In this document: one piece after another, positions 1 through 7,997 of the stretch
Layout of the letters: every line of letters begins with the position of its first letter
How positions within the stretch are numbered: position 1 is the first letter of the stretch
Origin: Arenicellales bacterium
GTDB taxonomy: Bacteria; Pseudomonadota; Gammaproteobacteria; Arenicellales; Poriferihabitantaceae
Assembly: GCA_963457535.1 (NCBI GenBank)
Contig: OY734803.1
Location: forward strand, 163,943 to 227,942
DNA: 64,000 bases
Direction: 5' to 3'
Notes under the pieces: generated by a model
The model's input: the letters and a program-made list of their open reading frames with translations, nothing else
What the model was told of the DNA's origin: nothing
Databases searched by the model: none
Program-made: the position numbers and the translations under genes

Positions 1-1
1 C

Positions 2-865
2 GGCGCGTGGGAGCGGCTGTGCCGGCGCACGGGGGCGGAGTTCGTGCTGTGGGAAGTGGACAAGCAAAGCGGCGAATTGTCATTGTCGCGTTTTCGCGAA
101 CTCTTGGATGCGCAGGTCAAACTCGTCTGCGTAACGCACAGTTCCAACATCGTCGGCAGCGTCAATCCGGTGGAGGAAGTCACCGCCCTCGCCCGCAAAC
201 ACGGCGCGCGCGTGGTTATTGACGGCGTCTCCTACGCGCCGCACCGCTGGCCCGAGATCGCCGCATTGCAGCCGGACGCGTATTGTTTCAGCGCCTACAA
301 AACCTACGCGACCCACCTCGGCGTGCTCTACACCGCGCCCGACTTCGCCGAGTCGCTGGATCCGCAATGCCATTACTTCAACCGCGACTCCCTGCAAAAA
401 CGCCTGGACGCGGCCGGCCCCGACCACGCCTCCATCGCCGCGCTCGCCGGCCTCGGCGAATATTTCGCCGCGAGTCACCGCCACCACTTCGGCGAATCGG
501 CCGCGCCGCCGCATGAAAAAGCGCAGGCGGTGTCCGCGCTGATGCACCGCCACGAAAACGAATTGTGCGCGCCGTTATTGGAAGCGCTGTGCTCCATGCC
601 GTTTCGCATTCTCGGCCGCAACGACATGCGCGGCCGCGAAGCCAACATCGCGCTCTTTTCCGAGAAACATTCCTCGGCGGAACTTTCCGCGGCTCTCGCG
701 CACGAAGATATCGCCGCCGGCCACGGCCACTTTTACGCGAAACGCCTGCTGGACAGCGTCGGCCTGCGCGACAGCGAAGACGGCGTGCTGCGCATCAGTT
801 TTTCCCACTACAACAGCGCGGAGGAAGTGGAGCGTGTCATTGTGGCGTTGCGCGGGGTGGGCTAG
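2..865 (+). CDS. Class V-fold PLP aminotransferase / cysteine desulfurase-like protein, C-terminal part (5' end lies outside the window)
   Basis: The frame is open from the window edge. It contains VCVTHSSNIVGS, a FSAYKTY PLP-lysine-like motif and the C-terminal RISFSHYNSAEEVERV typical of class V enzymes. G+C matches the host. Confidence 0.7.
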   Translation, partial: GAWERLCRRTGAEFVLWEVDKQSGELSLSRFRELLDAQVKLVCVTHSSNIVGSVNPVEEVTALARKHGARVVIDGVSYAPHRWPEIAALQPDAYCFSAYKTYATHLGVLYTAPDFAESLDPQCHYFNRDSLQKRLDAAGPDHASIAALAGLGEYFAASHRHHFGESAAPPHEKAQAVSALMHRHENELCAPLLEALCSMPFRILGRNDMRGREANIALFSEKHSSAELSAALAHEDIAAGHGHFYAKRLLDSVGLRDSEDGVLRISFSHYNSAEEVERVIVALRGVG

Positions 866-894
866 CGCGCGCCTGGCGCAGGTGCCACCCGGCA

Positions 895-2067
895 TCAAGT
901 CCGATAGTCGTCAATCAATGACTTGTCGGATTTGCGCCCCACACAATACTGGCTCACCGGGCACTTGTCACACTTTGGACTCTGATGATTAAAGCAGTAG
1001 TTCCTGCCAATCTCAATCAGCCCGTCATCGAAAGACTCTACCGTGATGTTTTTGCTTTGCTGTTTCCACAAAAGCGCATGTTGAAATCTTTGGATTTCAA
1101 CTTTTCGCGGTGCCCTTGTATGTGACTGCAAATGGTTGACGCAGATGTCTTTGTAGATTTCCTGCAAATCAGACGGCACATTCGCGCTGACCGGCATGCT
1201 GCGCATGTTGGTCACACGAATGTAATCCGTTCCTTTTTTGCCTTGCCCAGGCTGAATGACATTTTGTTTTTTGTACTCGCTCTTGTCCGCAAGTTCGCTC
1301 AAATAGCCGGTTCGCCACAATACGCGGCCGGCATTGGAGTCGAACGGCAGTTCGTAAGAAAACGGGCTCCAGTTGGTCTCATCTTGCCTTCTGGCCAGGC
1401 GAAAAGTTGAGACCATCCATTTGGCAAAAAGATGGCAAGCCTTGACGCCAATTGCCTTGCCGAGCCCGAACTTCTCGTTCCCCTTTAATCCACTGCACAT
1501 TTGTTCAGCGGAAGAATAGCCTTCCAAGTAGTCTGCAAGCGCGGTTGCCGGCTTGTATCCACTCCGGCCGAGCAAGTAAGGAAGCGCCAGCGGAACGCCC
1601 CACCGAAAAATGGCGTAATTCAGCGTCTGCTTGCTGTTGTCCATATAGAGGTTGTATTTTTCCGCGGATGACTGGTTGTCCTCAGCCCACCGTTCCGAGT
1701 GCCGGGACTTTACCTTGTCATGCATCTCCAAAATCTGTTCCACCGAGATGTTGATCTCCTTGAAGAAATCCAACGGCCGGTGGAAAATACGAACCTCCCG
1801 CTGGTAGAGGTCATTTACGACCCCCACCATCATTTCCCTGACACCGTCCAGGTCGGGGCCCTGGTCGAGCACCGCAGTGAGGACCAGCATGCGCAACAGC
1901 AGTTCCCGGCGCGTACATCCGCCGTCGCGCTCGTCCAGCTTAGACACATCAAGGACGTTGCCGTCGAAGAAATGTGCAAACGCGTCAAGCTGATGGGCCG
2001 GGGGCGGCGTCTTGTGGGAGACACCAACCTCCGCAATTGCAAGCGCAAGTTTTTCCAGATGCTCCAT
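895..2067 (-). CDS. HhH-GPD / endonuclease III-like DNA glycosylase superfamily protein with a C-terminal [4Fe-4S] cluster loop
   Basis: 390-aa ORF in a visibly lower-G+C segment. HhH-like GLGKAIGVKACHLFAKW is followed by FDSNAGRVLWRTGYL (Asp of the GPD region). The C-terminal CFNHQSPKCDKCPVSQYC gives a C-X7-C-X2-C-X5-C pattern. Its ATG lies 2 nt after the stop of the upstream methyltransferase. Confidence 0.6.
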   Translation of the reverse strand: MEHLEKLALAIAEVGVSHKTPPPAHQLDAFAHFFDGNVLDVSKLDERDGGCTRRELLLRMLVLTAVLDQGPDLDGVREMMVGVVNDLYQREVRIFHRPLDFFKEINISVEQILEMHDKVKSRHSERWAEDNQSSAEKYNLYMDNSKQTLNYAIFRWGVPLALPYLLGRSGYKPATALADYLEGYSSAEQMCSGLKGNEKFGLGKAIGVKACHLFAKWMVSTFRLARRQDETNWSPFSYELPFDSNAGRVLWRTGYLSELADKSEYKKQNVIQPGQGKKGTDYIRVTNMRSMPVSANVPSDLQEIYKDICVNHLQSHTRAPRKVEIQRFQHALLWKQQSKNITVESFDDGLIEIGRNYCFNHQSPKCDKCPVSQYCVGRKSDKSLIDDYRT

Positions 2068-2069
2068 AG

Positions 2070-2888
2070 TCAGTCAAACAGCGAAGCTGTTGCGCGGCCC
2101 CCGTTTGCGCCGGTGTCGTGGATTCGATAGTTCCCGGAAGTCAGCCGTTCCAGCGCAAAATCGCAGTATTCGCGCACGATTTCAAAACCGATGTAGCGGC
2201 GGTTTTTCATCTTGCTGACCACTGCAACCTGCCCGGATCCCAAAAACGGGTCCAGTACGACATCGCCCTCCCCGCTGGAATAGTCAAGGATTTTTTCAAT
2301 GATCTCCGCGGGAAGCTTGGTCGGCGTTTTTTTGTCGCCCCGCCAATACTCCCGCTTGATTTCCCAGACATCCTCTTTGTCGCGGTAATGCGCCGAGCCG
2401 CCGTTCGCGGCGCGCTCGTCTTTGCCAAACCGCGCATACGGGTGGAAGCACCGCTTGCGGTCATCCTTGCAGAGATACAGGCAGTGGTAGTGCGAAGTAA
2501 CATACTTCCGCCGGGTCGTTACGCCAAACTGGTATTTCCAGATCAGGTGGTTGACCGTGGTCAGTTGGCATTCATCGATCGCGATCAGCAGGTCTTTGAG
2601 ATGATTCCATCCGGAAAAAATATACATACTTCCGGAATCTTTCAAAACCCTGGTCGCCTGGCGCAGCCAGTCAAGGGTGAATGCCTGATAGGCACTCCCC
2701 TCGACTTCGCCGTAACCGGCGATCACCCGGCTGCTTTTTCGGTTGTAGTTTGCCCGGTTTGCTTTGAAGTCAATCGCAAACGGCGGATCAGTGATGACCA
2801 GGTCGACGCATTCCCCGGGCATTGCATGCATCAACTCGATGCAATCCCCGTGCGTTACGGCGTCCAACATTTCGGAAGTTTTTTTCAT
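2070..2888 (-). CDS. DNA methyltransferase, beta-class amino-MTase (N6-adenine or N4-cytosine)
   Basis: Motif IV (ITDPPFAI) precedes motif I (VVLDPFLGSGQVAV), the beta-class order. The start is set at MKKTSEML (ATG 2886-2888). The longer ORF reaching 2969 would overlap the 3' end of the upstream gene. G+C is lower than in the flanks. Confidence 0.85.
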   Translation of the reverse strand: MKKTSEMLDAVTHGDCIELMHAMPGECVDLVITDPPFAIDFKANRANYNRKSSRVIAGYGEVEGSAYQAFTLDWLRQATRVLKDSGSMYIFSGWNHLKDLLIAIDECQLTTVNHLIWKYQFGVTTRRKYVTSHYHCLYLCKDDRKRCFHPYARFGKDERAANGGSAHYRDKEDVWEIKREYWRGDKKTPTKLPAEIIEKILDYSSGEGDVVLDPFLGSGQVAVVSKMKNRRYIGFEIVREYCDFALERLTSGNYRIHDTGANGGRATASLFD

Positions 2889-2908
2889 TGAAGTGTGCCG
2901 CCGGCGCG

Positions 2909-4222
2909 TCAACAATCCAGCGTGTGCTCCACCTCCCAGCGGCTGATGGCGCGGGCGTAGTCGTCCCATTCGTTGCGTTTCAGTTTGCAGTAACTCTCCA
3001 CCAATTCCGCGCCGAGGGCTTCCTTGAGGGCGCGGCTTTTTTCGGTTTTGCGGATCGCGTCCAGCAGGTTCAGCGGGAGTTTTTTCAGGCCGCGGGTTTT
3101 TGCGCCGGGGGCGTACATGTTGGTGTCCAGGCGCTTGCCGGGGTCGCGCTTGTTGGCGATGCCGTCCAGGCCGGCGGCGAGGATGCCGGCCTGCAGCAAA
3201 TAGGGATTGGCCGCGCCGTCCATCAGGCGCAATTCAAAACGGCCGCGGTCGGGGACGCGGATCATGTGGGTGCGGTTGTTGCCGGAATAACTGACCGCGT
3301 TCGGCGACCAAGTCGCGCCGGAGAGCGTGCGCGGCGCGTTGATGCGTTTGTAACTGTTGACGGTCGGATTGAAGAACGAGGCGAGCGCTTCCACGTTGTG
3401 AATGACGCCGCCGAGAAACTCGTAGGCGAGTTTTGACAGGCCGAGTTCGTCCCCGCCGGTTTGGTCTTCAAAAAGATTTTTCGCGCCGCTTTGGTCCCAC
3501 AGCGAGACATGCGCGTGGCAGCCGTTGCCGGTCAGGTGCGAAAACGGTTTGGGCATGAAAGTCGCGCGCAGTCCGTGGTCCTCGGCGATTTGCCGCGTCA
3601 TGTATTTGAAAAACGCGTGGCGGTCGGCGGTGCGCAGGCAGTCGTCGTAGTCCCAGTTCATTTCAAACTGGCCGTTGGCGTCCTCGTGGTCGTTTTGGTA
3701 GGGGCCCCAGTTGAGTTGAATCATCGCGTCGCAAATTTGCGAGACCACATCAAAGCGGCGCATCAGCGCGGACTGGTCGTAGCACGGCTTTTCCTGCGTG
3801 TCGCGCGGGTCGGAAATCGCCGCGCCGTCCGGCTGAATTAAAAAGTATTCGCATTCCACGCCGCTCTTCATGCGGTAGCCGAGTTTTTCGGCGCGCGCAA
3901 TTTGCCGCCGCAGCGCGACCCGCGGCGAGGCCTCCACCGGCGCGCCGTTCATGTGCAAATCGCTCGCCAGCCATGCGACTTCGGGCTTCCACGGCAATTG
4001 CGTCAGACTTTCCGGATCGGGCAGCGCGAACATGTCGGGGTGCGCCGGCGTCATGTCCAGCCACGCGGCGAACCCGGCGAAACCCGCGCCCTCTTCCTGC
4101 ATCTGCGAAATCGCGCGCGCCGGCACCAGTTTGGCGCGCAGCACGCCGAACAAGTCGACGAAACTGATCAGAAAATAGCGGATGTTTTTTTGCTTTGCCT
4201 CTTGGGCGAGATCTTGCGCCAT
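2909..4222 (-). CDS. Glutamine synthetase family protein (GlnA-like gamma-glutamyl ligase)
   Basis: Motifs seen are FVDLFGVLRAKLVP, VECEYFL, NGQFEMNW, TFMPKP...GNGCHAHVSLW, NSYKRI and RFELRLMDGAANPYL. The start is set at MAQDLAQEAK (ATG 4220-4222). Confidence 0.85.
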   Translation of the reverse strand: MAQDLAQEAKQKNIRYFLISFVDLFGVLRAKLVPARAISQMQEEGAGFAGFAAWLDMTPAHPDMFALPDPESLTQLPWKPEVAWLASDLHMNGAPVEASPRVALRRQIARAEKLGYRMKSGVECEYFLIQPDGAAISDPRDTQEKPCYDQSALMRRFDVVSQICDAMIQLNWGPYQNDHEDANGQFEMNWDYDDCLRTADRHAFFKYMTRQIAEDHGLRATFMPKPFSHLTGNGCHAHVSLWDQSGAKNLFEDQTGGDELGLSKLAYEFLGGVIHNVEALASFFNPTVNSYKRINAPRTLSGATWSPNAVSYSGNNRTHMIRVPDRGRFELRLMDGAANPYLLQAGILAAGLDGIANKRDPGKRLDTNMYAPGAKTRGLKKLPLNLLDAIRKTEKSRALKEALGAELVESYCKLKRNEWDDYARAISRWEVEHTLDC

Positions 4223-4292
4223 GATTTGCGACCGGTGGTGGTTGGGCTGTCCATTATAATCGCCGAAGCGCAATTTTCGCGCGGCGCGCAAA

Positions 4293-4751
4293 ATGCCCGG
4301 ACAAAACCCCATGCCCGAAAAAACTCCCCACCTCCGCCACCGCAAGTTCAACACGCGCGACACCTACCCGGAGCAGGATCTGGACAATGACCTCTGCCAG
4401 GTCGTGGTCGCGCGCGGAACCTTGGTGTTCGTGCGCGGACAGGTGGGTCAGGAGTTGGAAGGCGGCGCCGACATCAAAGAGGCCGGCGCGGCCGCGCAGG
4501 CCGAACAGGCGATGCGCAACCTTGAACAACTGCTGCGCGAGGCCGGCTCCGATCTCAGCCACATTTGCCGCGTGCAAATCTACATCACCGAGCGCGCCGA
4601 CCGCGACGCGGTCTACCGCGTGGTCGGCAAATGGCTGAAAGGCGTGCATCCGGTTTCCACCGGCTTAATCGTCCGCGGCCTGGCGCGCCCCGAATGGCTG
4701 ATGGAAATAGAAGCGACCGCGGTCATTCCCGAATCGGAAAACGCAGAATGA
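4293..4751 (+). CDS. RidA/YjgF/TdcF family protein
   Basis: 152 aa with the C-terminal GLIVRGLARPEWLMEIEATAV typical of the RidA fold. Its stop overlaps the next start (ATGA). Confidence 0.75.
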   Translation: MPGQNPMPEKTPHLRHRKFNTRDTYPEQDLDNDLCQVVVARGTLVFVRGQVGQELEGGADIKEAGAAAQAEQAMRNLEQLLREAGSDLSHICRVQIYITERADRDAVYRVVGKWLKGVHPVSTGLIVRGLARPEWLMEIEATAVIPESENAE

Positions 4752-5425
4752 CTTTCTCGATTGCCGGGCATTGCCGCCGCAGCGGAATGTTCGGCGTCGC
4801 CATCGCCACTTCCAGCATCAGCGTCGGCGCGCGCTGTCCGCATGCGCGCGCCGGCGCCGGCGCGGTCGCGAGCCAGAACATCACCGACCCGTCGCTCGGC
4901 GCGGCCGTGCTGGATGAACTGGAAGCCGGGCACGGCGCACAGGACGCGCTGCGGCGCGCGCTCGCGGGCCGCCCGAATTTGGAATACCGCCAGGTTACCG
5001 CGGTGGACCGCCACGGCAAAACCGCCTGCCATTCCGGCGAACGCATGCTGGGCATTCACGCCGCCGCGCCGGGCGGGGACTGCATCGCTGCCGGAAACCT
5101 GCTGGACAATCCGGGAGTGCCGGCCGCGATGACCGCCGATTTCGCGCGGCGCGCCGATGCGCATCTCGCCGAGCGCCTGCTGGCCGCGCTGGAAGCGGGG
5201 CTGGCGGCCGGCGGCGAGCAAGGCGAATTGCATTCCGCCGCGCTGCTGGTCGCGGACGCGCAGCCGTATCCGCTGGTGGATTTGCGCATTGACTGGCGCG
5301 ACCACGCGCCGCTGTCGGCGTTGCGCGAACTCTGGCGGGCTTACGAGCCGCAAATGCAGGACTATCTAACGCGCGCGATCAACCCGGCCGGCGCGCCGTC
5401 GTATGGCGTGCCGGGGGATTTATGA
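4748..5425 (+). CDS. DUF1028 family protein (Ntn-hydrolase fold)
   Basis: The N-terminus MTFSIAGHC...GVAIATSSISVGARCPHARAGAGAVASQN matches the characteristic DUF1028 start. It is translationally coupled to the RidA gene. Confidence 0.75.
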   Translation: MTFSIAGHCRRSGMFGVAIATSSISVGARCPHARAGAGAVASQNITDPSLGAAVLDELEAGHGAQDALRRALAGRPNLEYRQVTAVDRHGKTACHSGERMLGIHAAAPGGDCIAAGNLLDNPGVPAAMTADFARRADAHLAERLLAALEAGLAAGGEQGELHSAALLVADAQPYPLVDLRIDWRDHAPLSALRELWRAYEPQMQDYLTRAINPAGAPSYGVPGDL

Positions 5426-5453
5426 GTTACTCATGCTCCGAGTCGGGAGTTAC

Positions 5454-6134
5454 TCACTTGACATCCGCTTCACCCCAAAGTTTTTCAAAAATGCCCTCAA
5501 ATACTCTTTTCTGAGAGGACAAATTGAAGACAAAGGAAAGTTTCCCACCGATGTTGTTCAGGCTTGTTCCAAAAATATACAAATGCTCCTTGTCGATCAA
5601 AAAGCGATCATGTATATCTTGTTTGCTCTTGGCCAAGGAGATGTGATGCCTTCCAATCACATGCGGTTTTTGACGGTCGATTTTTTTATAGCAATAGACG
5701 ACCTTCAGCGAGTTGATTTTCTGGGGATTCAGCAACATCCGCAACTTACTGTATGCGTTCTCGTCGAAGTAGGGGTCGCACAGTTTGACATCGCCAGACA
5801 CCCCGGCAAAGAGATTTTCCAGAGTTTCGTGAGTGCTTTCTTCGTGGGCCGGATCGATCACAAAAATGCTGTTTTCAAGGTATTCAATACCCTTCTGCAT
5901 AATCGTGAACTTTTGCTGGTCCATAAAGACCCACCCATCTTTTCTGGGAGTCTCTCGCAGGTCCCTCAGCGTATACGACAAGAAACCCTTGATTTCACTC
6001 GTTACCGGTGAAACTTTGCGCGCAAGCAGCCGTTCCCTGATTTCTGCAATGGAGAGCGGGCTGCGACTTTCCTTGAGTATGAGCAGCACTTGCCTTTTTG
6101 CATCCAGCTGGTGGATGTCGATGTTTTCACTCAT
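5454..6134 (-). CDS. Winged-helix DNA-binding domain fused to an HKD-less PLD-fold (MIT_C-like) domain; function unknown
   Basis: Low-G+C ORF and last gene of a four-gene cassette. The N-terminal wHTH-like segment is LLILKESRSPLSIAEIRERL...FTIMQKGIEYLE. The C-terminal segment is VKLCDPYFDE...SLKVVYCYKK...IHDRFLIDKEHLYIFGTSLNNIGGK. Confidence 0.55.
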   Translation of the reverse strand: MSENIDIHQLDAKRQVLLILKESRSPLSIAEIRERLLARKVSPVTSEIKGFLSYTLRDLRETPRKDGWVFMDQQKFTIMQKGIEYLENSIFVIDPAHEESTHETLENLFAGVSGDVKLCDPYFDENAYSKLRMLLNPQKINSLKVVYCYKKIDRQKPHVIGRHHISLAKSKQDIHDRFLIDKEHLYIFGTSLNNIGGKLSFVFNLSSQKRVFEGIFEKLWGEADVK

Positions 6135-6140
6135 GTTTCA

Positions 6141-6614
6141 TTACCGTGCTTTTGACTTAGTGGAACGTTTCTTTCGGCCGGTTTCCTGAGAAGGCAGCAT
6201 GGAAATCATCTGCCGTCCCTTAATTGAAATGCGAAACCCCCGCTTTTCTTTTGGCGGGCGTTCAATGTAGCCATATAAAGGAGAATTGCAGGTGTTACGA
6301 ATGGCCGCACACAACGCGGCCGGCTTCGTGTTTTTTACACCTTCTGGATTGTTGCGGATAAAGTCCACGATTTCGGCGGACGTAGCTGACGGCTTGGTCG
6401 TACCGGTAAGCTCATCCACAACAAGAGCAATGATTTGGTAATCGTTTGCAGGCTTTTTTTCAGCAAGGTAAGATTCCCAGGCCATTGATTCACTTCGGGC
6501 TTCTTGCGGGCGAGCAGACGCATGAGCCCCTTGTATTTGGGCCCCTTGCTCTATTAACAAAGTGCGGACTTCAACCAACAAATCACGCACTTCTTTGAGA
6601 AGAGGGTCACTCAT
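6141..6614 (-). CDS. Hypothetical small protein: N-terminal helix, wHTH-like core, basic tail (paralogue set member C)
   Basis: 157 aa, low G+C, with a 4-nt overlap to the upstream gene. It contains DYQIIALVVDELTG...GFRISIKGRQMISMLP and the tail GRKKRSTKSKAR. Confidence 0.6.
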   Translation of the reverse strand: MSDPLLKEVRDLLVEVRTLLIEQGAQIQGAHASARPQEARSESMAWESYLAEKKPANDYQIIALVVDELTGTTKPSATSAEIVDFIRNNPEGVKNTKPAALCAAIRNTCNSPLYGYIERPPKEKRGFRISIKGRQMISMLPSQETGRKKRSTKSKAR

Positions 6615-7171
6615 TGTTTTTTCTTCTTTTTTGCTTTCTTCTTTGTTGCTGGCGGTTGTTCTGGGAGTTGTTTAAGCATTTTTCGCCCCAAAGGCGTCAT
6701 GTTATACACTCCTTTTCCGACGGAGCGAATATACCGAGACTGTGCCACGGTGTTTGAGATCGCCTTAGTCAGGTTGGTGAGTTGGCCGATATGTTCGTAG
6801 CATTTGTTCTCAAGAAAACTCATGAGAGCATGCTTCTTCACACCAACACTTTCTTCTTGATCGTCTAGCTGCTGCCTTGAAAGATAATCAACAGCGAGAG
6901 CAATCACTTGATAGGTGCCTTGCGGTTGCTTTTGTTCGTACACATCAGACCATTGCTGAGTAGCCGGGCTTGATGCCTTATCAGCAGGTGCGTCGCCAAC
7001 AGGGGACGTGGGCGAAGTGCGCGTGACACCTTTCCCGCGCAATAAGTGTGCAAGGACGACGCCATAGGCAGAAGCAAAAAACTCACGGTCAATCTTGCTT
7101 GCCTTGACCAGATCTTCTGCTTCTTTAATCGTTTTCTGTATGTCTGAGTTGTTCATGTCTTGCTCATTCAC
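6611..7171 (-). CDS. Hypothetical small protein: wHTH-like core, poly-Lys tail (paralogue set member B)
   Basis: 186 aa, low G+C, with 4-nt overlaps on both sides. It contains TYQVIALAVDYLSRQ...GVYNMTPLGRKMLKQLP and the tail KKKAKKKKKQ. Confidence 0.6.
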   Translation of the reverse strand: MNEQDMNNSDIQKTIKEAEDLVKASKIDREFFASAYGVVLAHLLRGKGVTRTSPTSPVGDAPADKASSPATQQWSDVYEQKQPQGTYQVIALAVDYLSRQQLDDQEESVGVKKHALMSFLENKCYEHIGQLTNLTKAISNTVAQSRYIRSVGKGVYNMTPLGRKMLKQLPEQPPATKKKAKKKKKQ

Positions 7172-7563
7172 AGAGTTTCAACATACTCGGCCCCAGTTTT
7201 TGTGAGGTCCCAGTACTTCTTTTTTGATTCACTAGCATCTGATTCTGTGATCCAGCCATTCGCGGCGCACCTTGCGAGACAGGCTGCCACGTTCGTCGGG
7301 ATTTTCTCACGTGCATCACGAAAAATTTTCTTAACCGCTTTTACGCCAATGGGCTCCGAGGAGTTCTGCCGGCGCATGGCGAGAAAATACACCAAGCAAA
7401 TGCATTTGTCGTGCGCGTTGTTGGGAGATTTCTCCAAGAGGAATTCTCGGGGGCTCTGGTCGATTGCAACATGGGGCTGGTTCAGAGAAGGAGTTTTCCC
7501 CTCCAAATTCGCCACCCGTTTTGCAAGCGCATCAAACTCTGATTTAGTTGCATATTGTTGCAT
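7168..7563 (-). CDS. Hypothetical small protein: N-terminal coiled segment plus wHTH-like core (paralogue set member A)
   Basis: 131 aa, first gene of the cassette. An SD-like GAGAGGG lies 4 nt upstream of the ATG. It contains CICLVYFLAMRR...IGVKAVKKIFRDA...YWDLTKTGAEYVE. Confidence 0.6.
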   Translation of the reverse strand: MQQYATKSEFDALAKRVANLEGKTPSLNQPHVAIDQSPREFLLEKSPNNAHDKCICLVYFLAMRRQNSSEPIGVKAVKKIFRDAREKIPTNVAACLARCAANGWITESDASESKKKYWDLTKTGAEYVETL

Positions 7564-7595
7564 TTTACCCTCTCATATATTGGTTGATGAGGAGC

Positions 7596-7623
7596 ATAAT
7601 AATGCTAATTTTTGAAAAGTCAA
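7596..7623 (-). promoter_or_regulatory. Sigma70-like promoter of the four-gene cassette
   Basis: The minus strand reads TTGACT (7618-7623), 16 nt, TATTAT (7596-7601) inside an AT-rich stretch, about 30 nt upstream of the ATG at 7563. Confidence 0.5.
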
Positions 7624-7997
7624 GCGAAAATAACACATTTTAATGATTTATTTTACTGTATGCTTCCAGGGCTTTTTCTGAAAATTAGCAAATAAATCGG
7701 AATTTTACCCTAAATTATCTCCGAATAAGCCTTTTGGTTGCCGTGCTGTCATGCTCTCCAATTCACCCCCGCCTGGTACCAGCAGCATGATATTCGCAAT
7801 AATCACGTTGCGTTTATCGTCCAATTCCGGGGCCGCCAAGCAACGAATCGCCGTAATCGGGAGCGTGCCGGGCGCATGCGAGTCGGCCAAAATAACCGCC
7901 AGCCCGGTCGGTGTCGGCGCGGATGCGCGTTTTTGCAGTCGGATGCGGGCTGGGCGCGTCGCGCTCCCCCGCGCCCCCTCCCCTCCGCTCGTGGCGA

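Noticed and set aside
5424-5456. Direct repeat of the near-palindromic 11-mer TGAGTTACTCA (two copies, 12 nt apart) at the left edge of the low-G+C cassette, considered as a possible att site or island boundary repeat.
   Set aside because: I found no matching copy at the right edge (7564-7997). The repeat sits exactly between two convergent stop codons and overlaps both, so it is more simply a coincidence or a short bidirectional terminator-like element.
7705-7890. A 61-aa minus-strand ORF (MADSHAPGTLPITAIRCLAAPELDDKRNVIIANIMLLVPGG...) between the cassette and P1.
   Set aside because: It has no SD and no recognisable family, and it spans a sharp G+C transition. It could be a gene remnant, but I cannot support a call.
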